Positions 39,501-55,378 of a stretch of 64,000 nt of DNA are shown in pieces. The DNA lies in assembly GCA_964016885.1 (NCBI GenBank), contig OZ024744.1, positions 53,816,001 through 53,880,000 of the forward strand, read 5' to 3'. Both the position numbers and the translations under genes were made by a program. Each line of letters opens with the position of its first letter. Position 1 is the first letter of the stretch. The stretch comes from Eledone cirrhosa. Its lineage: Eukaryota. Below the pieces are notes generated by a model that was not told the DNA's origin, did not search any database, and saw only the letters and a list, made by a program, of their open reading frames with translations.

Positions 39501-41876
39501 GAGATGAAGTGGCCCAGTACCAAACTGGAAGATACATTAACTCTAATGAAGCGTTCTGGCGGATTTTCGGATTTTTTATACATCAACGGCATCCGGCTGT
39601 TCAAAAACTTCAAGAGCACCTGGAGAACGGTCAGAGAGTATATATTACGAATGCATCAGCTGCTCAGTTAGCACAAGAACCAAAGGATTCTACTCTTACC
39701 ACTTTCTTTAAACTATGTCAAGAAGATCCATTTGCTAAAACCTTCCCATATCCACAAGTCCCATCTTACTATACCTGGGACAAAAATACATGGAAGCGAA
39801 GAAAAACAGGACAATGTGTCGAAGGTTATCCGGGCATCAAGTTCAACGAGTGCTTGGGCAGAGTTTATACTGTGCCGCCAAACCAACACGAGTGCTTCTA
39901 TCTTCGCATGCTACTACATGAGGTCAGAGGACCTACCTGCTTTGATGATCCCCGAACGTTAGACGGACAAGTTCTTCCAACATGCACAAAGGCACGTTTG
40001 AGGCGTGGATTGCTGGAAGATGGTTCGCAGTGGGATGCAACGATGGCGGAAGTTACTCTTTCACATTCACCTGCCAGCCTAAGAAATTTATTTGCGGTAC
40101 TTTTGCACTCGTGCAACTTATCTGATCCTCTGTCCTTGTGGATGAAATATAGGAATGAACTAACAGACGACTACAGACACCAAGCACAATTGCTGCTTCC
40201 AGAAATAGAGGTCGGCTTTGTTAATGAATTATACAACAGAGCTCTCATTGATATTGAGGACAAGTTAGCTCTGATTGGAGGAAAGGTTTTACGTTACCAG
40301 AAACTCATCGCACAGACTCAAACAAACTTCCCACAGATATCATACAGGAGACTTCTTATGACATCCATGATCTCTGCCTCTACGTCACAGATAATGAGCC
40401 AAAACTTCTAGCTGATCAGAGACTGGCTTATACCACCATTACTGAATTGGTATTTCAAAGAAGGCATATTTTTCCTCGATGCTCCAGGGGGGGACAGGAA
40501 AAACTTTCGTTACTAAACTTCTTCTTGCAAAGGTTAGACAGAATAAGGACATAGCAATAGCAGTTGCGTCCTCTGGAATCGCAGCAACTTTGCTCCCTGG
40601 TGGAAGGACGGCACATTCAGTTTTTAAATTGCCCCTTGATTTGGCAAAATTGGAAACTCCTACTTGTCATATCACCAAAGACTCTGAAAGGGCTCATCTG
40701 CTGCGAAGGTGTCACCTTATTGTTTGGGATGAGTGCACAATGGCGCACAAAGGTGCTCTTGAGGCACTAGACAGGTCTTTGCAAGACATACGGGATTGCA
40801 GTGATGTTATGGAGGGTGTCACCCTTCTGCTATCAGGACACTTCAGACAGACTCTTCCTATAATACCGAAAGGAACAAGAGCAGATGCGGTAAATGCATG
40901 TCTTAAGTCTTCACCATTGTGGTGACAAGGGACATCATTAAGACTAACTACCAACATGCGTGCAAGGTTGCATGGGGACCCTCTGTCATCAACATTTTCT
41001 GAAGACATTCTTACAATAGGAGATGGTAACCTACCTCCGGATTCAGATGGACACATAGCAATTGATCACATCTGCAATGTAGTTGAAACTGTCGATGATT
41101 TCAAGGCGAGTGTATTCCCGAACTTGCGTGATAACTATACGAATCTTGATTGGCTTTGCGAAAGAGCCATTCTTGCACCCCAAAATATCACGGTTAGCTG
41201 TATTAACGATCAGCTTCTTCAGCTTCTTCCTGGCTGTCCACGGATATATAAATCTATTGATACTGTATGTGATCCACAGGATGCGGTCAATTATCCAGTT
41301 GAATTTCTAAATTCTTTAAATCCTCCTGGTTTACCTCCTAATACATTGGTTCGAAAAGAAAAACAAAGAATATCGTCTATTTTGAAGTGCTTTAGTGTTA
41401 ACAAAAAAACTTATTACAGCTCTGCCTTGACTTCACCTTACTCATTACAAAACATACCAATGAATATGTCATGCAGGATAGTTTGGATTATAAGTTAACA
41501 ATTTAACCATACACAGCAAAGGATGCTCTCAAAGAATATATTTTCCCTTATTCTACTCTCATTGTTTTTTTGTTTGTATACAACTCGGCTTTCATTACTA
41601 CTTTTTGTACTTTAGCAAAACTGCCTGTTTTTTTACAGATTTGCAACGTCTATTGTCTTTAATCATTTGTATAACTACATCTTGTTCAGTGTTTTCCTTC
41701 ATTATCAGCATAGTTTTATGTGTACAAAGATTGCACTAAATATTCGTTTGCATTAATTATTGAAGACTTCTGCTTATTTTGACAGGTTGGGGACAAATAA
41801 TGTTCTTCTTTTACTTCCTAGCTGTATATTCTTAGCATAATTTCAAACCCCGAGCAACGCCGGGTAAATCTGCTAG
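36560..41876 (+). mobile_element. Helitron, both termini present, decayed Rep/Hel
   Basis: 5' TC after host A36559; 3' hairpin CCCGaGCaacGCCGGG then CTAG before host T41877; no TSD. Confidence 0.95.
37164..41355 (+). pseudogene. Helitron Rep/PIF1 helicase, multiple frameshifts, helicase C-terminus deleted
   Basis: CQHCKA..MCCSNGKV, PDLFITFTSNPKW, IEWQKRGLPHAHIL (HUH), KYICKYINKG, GGTGKTF, WDECTM, FRQTLP, PPGLPP. Confidence 0.93.
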
Positions 41877-42239
41877 TTATATTATAAATGAAGGAGAACC
41901 ACTTCAAAAACTCCCAAATACAATGCAAAATAGAAAACAAATAATGATTGGTAATTCTGTGACAAAAGAAATCATAGAACAAGAACCTGATCTTACTGAG
42001 TTAAATGAAATCATTTATGCATCTGCTAGAGTAATTGAAACAAGTTGTCTACCCCCCCCCCCCAAAAAAAAAGTCGAACCTTCGAGGTAAACCAATTTGG
42101 AGGAGTAGAATCGAAAAGGAGATTGACGTAATGAGAGGAGAAATATCTTTATTGAGTGAGTTAACCGCTGGAAATAATATAAGATCCAAGAAAGTAAGAA
42201 CACAGATTGATAATGTGAAACGCTTTACCCCCACTCCCT

Positions 42240-45200
42240 CTCATCTCTACTATCACACTAACTGACTGTATTCCAATCTATTTTTAACTTATTCACATTT
42301 TCTTAAACGAAAATCCCATTACTAAATTCTACCGCGTAGTGAATAGTTGAATTCCACTACTATAGGCTTTCTGATGAAGTGAAATAAATAATTAAGTATT
42401 GCATAAGACTGAACAATATATATTGTAGTCACATATGTTAAAAGAAATAAATTCCTAAGCTCCTTCACGCCGACGTTTATATTTTTCTTGGTGTAATACT
42501 TCCTTATATTGATATACTCCGTGATCTCTTCTGCATCTATATACCATATTTTCTGCTTGGATATGTATGCTATACGATTCAAAGGTTACCGTCGAGTCAA
42601 ACTCTCTGGTAAGTAGTTTTCTTGTTTAAGCATTCATTCCTGATATACATAAACAAAACCTTATCTACCCCACCCCATATATATATAAAGGATAACAAAA
42701 TATCGTTATAGGTAATCCAATTAGAGGTTGTGAATACTTCTTATTATGGATAGCTTTAGCGTACGGCGTTGCTTGACTCAACTAGAGGTTTACTTAGATG
42801 GCGAGTTTATGATTTCACTTGTATTCCTATGTAAGTTTATCTTGGTGTAATAGAATTGAAAAAGTGGAGAATAACATGGTCAACAGTACAAAAAAGGGGA
42901 TTTATTTGCAGTCAAACAATTGTTTCACTTATAAAGTTGTCTAAAAATTGCTGAACACTAAAAGCAGTGCCACTCAATTTTAAATACGATGTTTGCTCTA
43001 TCAGATCGTCGGAAACTGAAAAAAAATATATATGTAACCGGCAAATTTACAAATTCAAATTACTTCATCAATAATACTATTAATAATAAAGATATAGAGA
43101 GAAAAGGAGAAAGAAAGGGAGATAGATACAGTAAAGAAAGAAAGGAAAGGAAGTAGAAAGAAGAAGGAAAAGAGAAAGAAGGAAAAGAGAAAGAAGGAAA
43201 AGAGAAAGAAGAAGAATAAAGAGAAATTATTATAGATAGAAATATAAAGAGAAGATATATAGAAGATGATGGCAGATAGAGGAGATACAAACATAAGTAC
43301 AAATAACGTATGATAGAAAGAAGAATAGAAGGACAAATAAATGAATAAACGGTAATACATGAATAAATGTAAATAAAAATAAAAATAGATATATGAAAAA
43401 TATTTGAAAAAAAATATATGAAAAAATATATAAAAAAATATATAAAAAAATATATAAAAAAATATATAAAAAATTCATAAATAAATAAATAAATAAATTA
43501 TATCTAATGTGATATAAAATGGTATAAAATGTGAAAAATGAAGAATAAAAATAAATACGTAAAAGGAGTAAAAATGTGCGAAGAATATTTAACATATTAA
43601 AATTTTTGAGAATGGTTTTTGAGAATTGTTGAAATGTATGGAGAGATAATATGGTGAATATATGATAATGTTAAATATATTTATGTGTGTATTGGTTATT
43701 TTAATAAATGAATTAATTAGTTTTAAGTTATATTATATGATAAAATAAAATGACAGAGATGAAATAAATTTAGGGAGAGAAATATAAAGATAGAGAGTGA
43801 AAAATAAAGATATATAAAATAAGAATGTAAATATAAGAGGTTTTGATGTTGTTCTTTGATAGATGATGACAATTATAATCATAATCATAATTATAATGGT
43901 GATGATGTTGATAATGTGATATCATAATGGATCCAAGTGGTACAATCTGGGTTATGGAATAGATAAGATGGAATTAAGCTGGTCTAAAGTTCTCAAATTT
44001 AGTCGCCGATTGATGTCGACAAAAAATAGTTTTTTTCAATTTTACTGTTAAGAAGAATTTTGTTGTAGTTTAAAATGTTGAAAAATTCCATATTACAGAG
44101 ACCACAGTGGGACAAACCAATTTGATAGGCCTTTGCTTTTGATAGCTTTGTCCAGCTGATTTTATATTCCATGTTTGCATCTTTGAGTTGTCAGATTTTA
44201 TTGGCGAGAGTCGTTTTCTTTGAGAGATTCCTGTTAGTCATAGAGTGTCTATGGAAGTACCACCTTTTCTTAAACTCCCCAGCTGTTGAACCAATGTAAT
44301 GCCATGCTAAGCTACCTGAATTTATAGTACATAGGTATACTATATTATACTTATTTGCGGGCCACTTGTATTATAAATTCTTTTATAGTTAATTTTATGT
44401 ATGTGCGATTGTATGTTGTTGGCAGTGGAGTATGATAGTTTCATAGTTTTTATATTAAAGATTTTATGATATTTATGAATTTTAGGGAAATGTTTCTCAA
44501 CTAATTTGAAGAAAATGTAAGATAGCTTAGTTTTTATAGAGGAGTTAAATATTGGATTGAACCATAAGTAGTTTCTATTTCTGCATCTTCTTTAGTTATT
44601 AGTGGTCTTTGTATTAATATTCTGTTTCTTTAATTTACCTGCTTGATGCCAATTTTTATGTTTAGTCCTAGGTTTGTTGTTTCTATAGGTGTGGATGGTG
44701 CTATTAATATTAAGCGTGTTGTTATTTTTTGTATCTGGTATGTATTTGAGTTTCTCTTTATGGCCGGCCTTAAGTAAAGCTATGTTGTAGTAGTTAGCGT
44801 ATTCGTTAAAAATGTCTGTTAGAAGATAGGCGCGAGATTCTAAGGGATATAATATGTGCTATAGTGTTAATTATGGATCGAGGATGATTAGAGTTATAAT
44901 CAATGTAAGCTAAATTTTTATTATTTTTATGGAAGGGTTCTATTAGTCCTGAGTTACGGTTGAGCGATACATCTAAGAAGTTAGCTTTTTTAGAGTTGGG
45001 TTCAAAAGTGATGTTAAGGCCTAAATTATTAAATAATTTTCTAATCTTTTTCCTTAATCTTTCTAAGTTTTGATTATTTAAGTTTTTAGCTAAAAGTAGT
45101 GTATCGTCTCAATAGATTCTTCCTTGAAGGTTATCAAATTCCCTATGTAAGAAATGTGCTATATAAATTCCAACAATGTCTGTAATTTGGGCTGAATCAT

Positions 45201-45738
45201 TTGATCCCATAGTTACATCGAAGTTATTCTGCCTATGTTTCGCTCCCCATAACTATTGTCGAATTTAATTATTGTTCTTCTAGCAGCTAGTATTATTTTA
45301 ATTTCATCTCGTGTAAGGTCAGAGTTTTTTTGTGCAAAGGATAGTGCCTTATTTAGGGTAACTGGGGAAATAGAAGAGTAGTAGTCATTTATGTCAAATT
45401 GTATAAAGTCGGAAGATTCTCTATTGTCTAATTTATTAAACCAATCTATTGCTTCATTTGTGTTACTCCAGAGCTTGATTATTAGTTGTTCTTTAATTTA
45501 TGGTATTATTCTATCTAGTATAAATTTGATAATTCTGCCTATATCTGATTTTGAAGTTACATTTATGATCCTTCAGATTAAAAGTGGGTTTACAAGGGGT
45601 TAGAGGTTCTGTTCTCTCGGATATTTTAAGTTTTTTAGTGTTCAGCAATTTTTAGACAACTTTATCAGTGAAACAATTATTAGACTGCAAATAAATCCCC
45701 TATTTTGTAGTGTTGACCATGTTATTCTCCACTTTTTC

Positions 45739-45745
<7 letters not shown>
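42240..45745 (-). mobile_element. Penelope-like element (Naiad-like), decayed; left boundary uncertain
   Basis: Minus: FIQFDINDYYSSI, NFDVTMGSNDSAQIT, GRIY*DD, NFLDVS, SNHP; NIVYLC..YIGSTAGEFKKRW..CGLC..CRH at 43990-44350; AT/CT-rich 3' region. Confidence 0.85.

Positions 45746-45790
<45 letters not shown>
45745..45790. repeat. (TA)n
   Basis: Direct reading. Confidence 0.97.
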
Positions 45791-47596
<1,806 letters not shown>

Positions 47597-48039
47597 CAGC
47601 GAGAATCACCTATCGGTGGGTAGAAAAGGCGAAACGAAACGCAAAAATCAGATATGATACTGGCAAGCGCTCGTTAGTTAAAAAACTAGAGCTAAACAAT
47701 ATGTTAAGAGGCCATACAAAACTGAAATAGTGGTCAAGAAAGCATCAACCACCTAAGCCAAAAAGCAAATCAAGCTAAACAGGTCAAAACAAAATAAAAT
47801 AAATGATAAAGAAAACATATATATATATATGTATTTCGTTTTGGAATTAGTTTTGCAAGATTTCGTGTGTTGAAACAGATATTTTTTATACTCTGAGAGG
47901 GTCGTGCTACCAATAAAAACACACGCACCTGTTGGTTTTCACTTCAATTTATTATAAATTTCCGGTTAGTTGGTTGTTTCGATAACCTGAGAGTTGTTTA
48001 TATATCGTCAAAGCTCTTTCGTAGTTAAACTACAAGAGT

Positions 48040-49765
48040 TAAATTACAAGAGGGGTTTAGGAGTGGCCTTGCCACTGATGTGATTGTGGAGATAATGGCA
48101 CTAGTCCATTTCATTAATGCGAAACAGGAAGACTTCATTGCAGAGTTAAGGCCCTAAAAATGGGGGTACGAAAGCTGTTTGATGAGCCCAAGTGCAGAAT
48201 CGCATCTTGCCAATGTAATCACAGTTCATTCTTTGACGAGGGATGTTTTAGATAACTCCAAACCGCTAACTCTGCTAAACACAGAATTTAAGATTTTGAC
48301 CAAGGTCATAGAAACTCGCTTTTTGTCAAACGTCTTGCAGGGATGTCGTAGACCTGTGCAATCCCGACCATATCTATACACAACAACCGCCACTTCATGT
48401 GATATATCATTGAGTGGGTAGGGCGTAAACCTGGCTTCGGTGGGGTTTTGATCTCTTTGGAACCGTTCCAGATCGTCAGGTATAACCATTCGCTGCGTCA
48501 TGTATTCCTTCTCCTTTTTGTTGGTATTGACTCTCGAGTCTTTACTACAAAAGCTTGATCTTGTACAAGACACTTCGCTCGAACCGGGACGTGGACGGGT
48601 TTCGTCAGCATAATCGTGCGTCCTCACCGTGATGGTGTCGAACACCTCGGAAATCGAGGTGGTAGAAAACTTCTTACGAAATGTTGACGGGTGCAAAAAT
48701 CAAACCGGTGGGTTGTAGCTCGGTATTTGGAGAGGCGAATCCCCTCCGTTCAACAGACGCTGGGTGGATGGATCGGTGATCCTGGACCACATCCCTAAAA
48801 GGATACGAACTGGGACGAGGTAACGAGCAGAGTAGCCACTCTCACCCAGAAAACTCCCGAGAGGAAGCTATCCCTGAATAGTTGAATGGAGGAGGCAAAC
48901 GAGTACATTGTTACCGTCATATATTACCGTTTAACCTTTGCGAATTGCTCCCACTCACGTCTCACCAGCCTAGAGTACCGGCTCTTCAAATTCTTGTAGA
49001 AGCGATAGGTTCCACTGGTGAGGTATTCCATTTGCAACGTACACTTGTTGCGTGGAGAGATGGCATGCCGATTCTACAATAAACTATGGGTGCGCCCTTT
49101 GTCAGACATGTCTTTTCAAAGCTCATCTCATTAATTGAGCTGCAGTTGTGGTTCAAGCAAAGACCGATACTGAGCGTCTGGCATATGGATTGTTGTTATT
49201 TGTGGATTTCACAGATCTCTACTAATCAGGCAATTTGGTCAGTAGAAATGTCATGCTAGTGTCATATAGAGGACCTGTGGTAGACAAGTGTAACTACGTC
49301 CTCGGAGAAATTCTAGGCGTCGACGAGAAAACATTAACCAGTCTGTTGCGGAAATCTTTCGCTTCAGTGACTATTGACAATTTCCAGAAATCCTTAGCTT
49401 CGCTGTGCCCCTTATAGCACTGCCAGTTCGAGATACACTCTAAACACAAGGAACTGCCTCATGCGCTCCACTTTGGCTTCAGTCCTGCTCGCTACAGGAC
49501 TTCCATTCCTGGAATCATCTTCCATCTTTTGTGCCACTCGAAATCTCGTGGGTGCAACATCTTCTCATCTCCGTACCCTTGCTGTAACATTCCGAGTGCA
49601 TTTGAATGAGTTCTTCCCTGTCGTCCCAGAAACTTCAGGTTGTTTCATTGCTCTGTGTCCATTGCTAGACGGGCTAAAATTGAAGAGCAGTTAACAAAAG
49701 CACGTGAAAAAAACATACAATGGTTGCAGAGAGTTGAGATTGCAGGTAGTGCACGCACATGAAAG
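48040..49765 (+). mobile_element. Old, internally deleted Tx1 ORF2 remnant
   Basis: PLTLLNTEFKIL, KPGFGG, VMVSNTSEIEV, NWDEVTSRVA and DNFQKSLA are colinear with Tx1-1/2 ORF2. Confidence 0.85.
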
Positions 49766-50975
49766 GGAATGCGAAAGAAATCGTATAGGTTGACGTAAGC
49801 GAACACTGTCCACAGACAGTACACACCTACCAGAAAGAATACGTAAAAAATGGTTGTACCGAAACAAGTAAACACTGCTCACAAACAGTGCACCCGTATC
49901 AAAGCGACCAGAGAACGAACGGTCGGTGTCAAGGCATGAGAACACTGCACACAGTTAGTGCACGCGTATGACCATGGGGACGAACGGTCGGGGTTGAGGC
50001 ACACGAGCATTGTCCACTGGCAGTGCACACATCGAATAAGGACCATTCCTACCCTTCACTGAGGAAATGCTTATAAAATATTCAACTTGATAAGCAAAAC
50101 AGGCTAGCGAACGGCTCCGTCCACGTTACGGACATTTGTTTACGGACATATATGGTATACTGTATACAATGCACCGAAAGAGCTACATTTTATATCGTCT
50201 GCTCTACAAGATCACTACACACCAACATCAAAGTACACCTAAGCACACACACATCCTTCTTAAAAAAAAAAAAAACAGAATTAAGTGCAAGAACATAAGC
50301 AATGATATAACAGTCACTTTCGAAGCCTTGTATAGGAATATTTGCATCTTAGAATGAAAGAATCTAAAATTAATTGCCAAATTGTAACCCAATATCAACA
50401 ACAAATTAGAATTCAGCTCCCAGCTAACATAGATATACACAGTACAACATTCATTCCATTTCAATAATGATGCTACAATCGCTAAGATCAGAATATAGCT
50501 GAGATCCCAAACCACGTGATCCGTTCACTACTTTCAGTGTTGAGAAGAAAAATCCACCATTTTCAAATTAAAAAAGAAACGACAGCGTTAGAGCTACACA
50601 AATATACAGCTCCGCACTAATTTATTCTATTAACCTATAAATACAGCAAGGTAATATCATTGTTATCATATTTTTAACATTTACCATCCAATTTACATTG
50701 TTGTAGCTTTCAAACAAAACACTATTTGCAATTAATATTACTTTTATTTTGGAGAAAAATAGCTCCAAGATATATCTGCTATGTTTAAAAAAGTATATAT
50801 CAGGTTTAGCCAAATATTTTTTCGGATTTTCACTGATGATATTTGGCAACTTGTATCTCCATGTTATATCATTAATTTGATAAAACATGTGATCCAATCG
50901 TTGCTAGACTGTTTATACTTTATGTTCATATATAACATATATTAATTGTTTATTCTTTATTTGACAGATTAGATA

Positions 50976-51280
50976 ATGAATGGTAAAAGAAATTGCAGTT
51001 AGAGCCTTTTACACTACCTGTGGAAAAAAGGACTGCGTACAAAGCCAGCGGCAAAAGAAATTAATGATATGGAAGGTCCAGGAGCTGCCAATGAAAGTAT
51101 GACACAAATCTGGTTCAAATGTTTCAAGGAAGGTAATGCAAACCTCGAAGACATACCACCGTGAAAGAGACATTCTGTTGTGGAAGAAGAGGCCTTGCTT
51201 GAAATGGTTGAACAACAGCCAAGAACAAGCCATCGCCCATTCTCAGCAGAACGAGGTTCTTGACCGGCCAAATTCCATCG
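50976..51280 (+). mobile_element. mariner transposase N-terminal HTH remnant
   Basis: KKGLRTKPAAKEINDMEGPGAANESMTQIWFKCFKEGNANLEDIP..EEEALLEMVEQQPRTS (Mos1-type HTH pattern); no DDD domain or TIRs seen. Confidence 0.75.
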
Positions 51281-52276
51281 ATATGTAGCAATTTATCTTA
51301 ATCGTCGTTTAGACCCAGCATCGTTTTCAGGTAATCGGCGTTTCAACAACTATATATGCATACATGATGATTGTTTCTTCTTGTCTCAACATCACCTCAA
51401 CCATTCCTTCAAATTCTCACCTACTTATGTGCACGAAGGTGACATTTTAATCCAGCACCTAACGGTAAAATCAAGATCCCACCCCAAGTACTGACAACCC
51501 GCCAGCAAAAGACATATCAGCGTAGGTGAGGGGTAACTGTAAATGCCCCGCTTATGCTACATCTCGCAAGTTGACGGAAATACGGAAGTGGCTGTTTTTC
51601 TCTCGAACAAATTTGCGTGACACCTGAATAACTGTAAGAATGAGCCCATCGTCTACATAGTGCAACAAATTTCGAGTAACCAGCCTGGATTGGCTTGAAA
51701 GATAGTATGACAGATGAGAAGATCGCAAAAGACACATATGTAAATCATGGATTATAGTGAAACACCCTTGTACAACATTAGGGCCACTCTCTAGGTTTCA
51801 GGGATTATTATCTGATGATCACCAATCATGCAAACCACTGGTTTCACTTCAGATTTTCGCCCTTTTAGAATAATGCCGAAACAACTTGGGTTCTTCATAC
51901 CCAGTTATTTTATTCCGTGTCCTGACCTCACCGAAAGGGGTTTCTGAGTTCCTATGCAAAGGTGGCTTGTTATAATTACGATTAAAGTGTCCCTTTTCTC
52001 CCGGTTTTGCAACTAATGTAGCCTTTCTCTTAAACGGACAGACACTCAAAGCTAATGTATTCTGTCTATCCGGAGTAACAGAATGTAAGTCACCAGTACC
52101 TCGCCTTTGCCTTGTTAGTTCCAAATAACTCGGCCACATGAATGTCAGAAGCTGTGTTTCGATTGTCAGAGGTTGTATGTGATACAAGCAGATTAGGGCA
52201 TTTTAGTAAAGAAGATTCTTAAGAGATCGCATATATTCATACATTCATCCATACATACATATATACATACATACAT

Positions 52277-54440
52277 GAGCAAGCTGGTCGAAAGAAATGG
52301 GTGTGTGGCTGCATAGATCACCTACTAACCAATAAAATGATACAGGAAAAAACAGCAAAGAATGGCAGGAACATGACTGAAGTGTGGCTTTTGATAGTGT
52401 ACCTCATTGGTAGATTATTAAGGCTTTACTGTTAGCCAAAGTCCCGCAACCACTAGTAACGCCTGACAAAGAACTGGTATACCAATTTGATCCTTAGGGG
52501 TAAGAAGGAGAAAATTATTGACTGATACAATACACTACCAGAAAGGCATCTTTTATGGTGATAACTTATCAGTGCTGCTCTTCGTCCTCACACTAAACCC
52601 ACTATCATACCTGCTTACAAAGCAAAGTGGTCATAGAAGTGGGTCCAGAAGTATCTCCCATCTTTTCTTTGTTGATGACCTGAAGTTGTATGGGGCAAAT
52701 ATCAATTATGTCAACAAACAATTGGACCTCATTACACAGTTTTCTGCAGACATCAGAATGAAATTTGGTGAGTCCAAATGTGCATATTTGACAGTAAAAC
52801 GTGGAAGGGCTGTGCCCTCTTCTGGAAATCTACAGATGAACGGATTGACAATACAACCTCTACAGTCATATGACAGCTACAGATATCTTGGACAGGATGA
52901 GAATATCAGATATGATGGACCCATAAATAAGGAGACTAAAGAAAATATGGTCATCAGAACTATCAACGTACAACAAATACATTGCCCACAATACTTATGC
53001 TGTGCCAATCCTAACACCAACATTTGGCTTGCCGAACTGGTCATTGCAAGAACTAAGTGAGATGGATGTAAGAACTCACAAGCTTCTCAGTGTTACTGGA
53101 AACTTTAACATCAATGGTGAAGTGGATAGGCTATACTTCTCATGCAATGAAGGTGCCCGGGGTCTAAAATCCATATTAACATCATACAAGACCCGGATAG
53201 TAACACTGAAGTAACATCTTCAACAGAAGAAAAAGGTCAGCAACCATCTTGCCCAGGTCTACGAGCATGAAGGAAATAATTGTTTCTACTTTTTGGCACA
53301 AGGCCAGCAATTACCCAGTGCATTACTGGTACTTTATTTTATCGACCCCGTAAGGATGAAAGGTAAAGTTAACCTCGGCAGGATTTGAACTCAGATCATA
53401 AAAGGGCGTAACTCAATGCTGCAAAGCATAGCGTCCGACCCTCTACCGATAATGCCAATCCACCACGTGAAAGAAATAATATCATTAGGATAACCACTGA
53501 TCTAGAGGAGAGATATGGAATAAGCTCTGATATAGATCTCTCTTCCCGGGACATTGGAAGATCCTATTCAATGTTCGAACAAGATAATAGAAAATGGACC
53601 AGTTTACAGAGAAATTGTGCATGGGTACCTAAGATGAAAAAGACAGACCATAGAGGGGATAAATCATTCAAAATGCCTAGCATGGAGTTCCAACAATTTT
53701 ATGACATCCCACCTTGAAGGATATCTCTATGCAATACAAGAACAAGATATCCCTACCAAATATCTGCTACACAAAAGAGGAGGGCCATGAGTTGACAATA
53801 AATGTAGGCTTTGTAAACAGAGATCGAATATGTAAGCCACATTGTTGCCAACTGTGAAAGAATGTCGTCTCGCTACTACCTTCCTATGAGACGCGATGTG
53901 ATAGCTAGAACCATCTGGAACGCACTTAGGAAAACAAAATTAAAAACAAATGAGGAGGAATATGTTGAGATAGATGGCACTAAAGAATACTGGTGGAGCC
54001 TGAAAATAAAAACTGCACCAAACTAAAGCACAACCGGCCTGATATTGTTGTTTGGGACCACACATAGAAAATATGCTCTGTTGTAGAGATCATCTGCCCA
54101 CATGATGTCAATGTTGTCAGAAATATACAACAGAAGGAAGAGATCTACGGACCATTCATGAGGAGTTTGCAGATCGAGTATCCAAGATACACCTCCATCA
54201 TTATTGGAGCTACAGGTTATATACCAACCCAATTGGACCAAAGTATAACTGAACTTGGATTTGTGGACAAACAGCGCAGCTCCCTAATTAATAGACTACA
54301 AAAGACTGCGATAGCTGGCTCCTTCAAAATTTGCAAAACATTCTTGTGATTCAAAGGATGACGATTTCTTTTCTTTTACAACCTCGCCACCAGGAAGGTG
54401 GCCGGTCAAGAAAGTACTCAAAATTAAGAGAAAGAGAAAC
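52277..54440 (+). mobile_element. R4-like RLE non-LTR element family C, 5'-truncated, decayed, in (CATA)n
   Basis: GIFYGDNLS, HLFFVDDLKLY, YRYLG, AIQEQ, CRLC, HNRPDIVVW..VEIICP; CATA-like runs on both sides. Confidence 0.85.
53281..53465 (-). mobile_element. tRNA-derived Nin-domain SINE (OK-SINE-like), full length
   Basis: A box TGGCATTATCGG, B box GAGTTCAAATCC, core GCCGAGGTTAACTTTACCTTTCATCCTTACGGGGTCGATAAAATAAAGTACCAG; ~15-bp TSD C(A/G)TGAA(G/A)GAAATAAT. Confidence 0.88.
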
Positions 54441-54699
54441 ATATCTTCATACTTCTATACACATACATACGTACATATATATATAATTACATAATAATAG
54501 TTTTATTATACAACTGCAGCTTGATAAAATATATCTTCGCCATTTGGTCACTGGTGCGGTCCATCGATGGTAATGCAGGTCGTGGGTTTGTTTAGCGAGG
54601 TTTAAAAGTGCTGGTTTATAGTGTTTTCTGAGTGTTTTTATTATTGGTTTCTGGAATCTGAGAGACAGTTTACAGGTTAGGTCATTCAAAGGTCTTATT

Positions 54700-54995
54700 T
54701 ACATGCATATATATATACAGACTTATATAGACATACACATACAATCACGTACATACATTATACATATATACATAATACATGCCTACATACTTCCATACAT
54801 ATATACACTCATACATACACATACATTCATATATACATACATATATATACTTACATAAGTGCATGCTTGCATACAAACCTTACCTACCCACATACGCATC
54901 TACACATAACCTTCCTACATATATACACACATACATACGTTCATACATACATACGTATGTTCATACATACATACATACATACATACATACATACA

Positions 54996-55031
<36 letters not shown>

Positions 55032-55062
55032 CACACGCATACATACATATATATATATATCA
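54700..55062. repeat. (CATA)n, degenerate with perfect core at 54962-55024
   Basis: Direct reading. Confidence 0.92.
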
Positions 55063-55378
55063 TAACAAGGAAGAGAGACTCCTAGGATATCTGCTCTGTA
55101 AGAGTAATTTGTGGTGCAGAATGTGGTACAGACCACAAACTCGTACTTGGCAAGATGAAGGTGCAGGCTAAAGGAAAATTGAGGTATGCAAGTGCCAAAA
55201 CGTAAAGATGTGTCCAAACTGCAAAGTTTAGAAATGTGAGATGCTCCTCAAAATACACTTGCCAACGTTGTCTTTGATGGAACTTGGGAAACACAGGTTT
55301 ACAGTATTGGGGCTGATGTACTTGGTCTTAAGAAGACAAAACAGAGAGAATAGTTTGATGATAGTGATGATAGTGATG

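Larger units (their letters stand above)
35880..42230 (+). mobile_element. R4/Dong-like family D N-terminal remnant, split by Helitron
   Basis: KRMKWTREEYKEVIYAYYYA and NKLANVRR. Frame rejoins across the Helitron: ELAVVRH|YIINEGEPLQKL..LTELNEIIYASARVI..PIWRSRIEKEI. Confidence 0.8.

Noticed and set aside
42360-42400. CTGATGAAGTGAAA minimal hammerhead on +
   Set aside because: Helix I and III pairing is poor, and it is on the opposite strand to the adjacent Penelope ORF
45100-45120. In-frame TGA in Penelope RT as selenocysteine (known in some Naiads)
   Set aside because: It replaces Arg of YRDD (CGA>TGA, CpG decay), not Cys; the element has many other lesions; no SECIS identified
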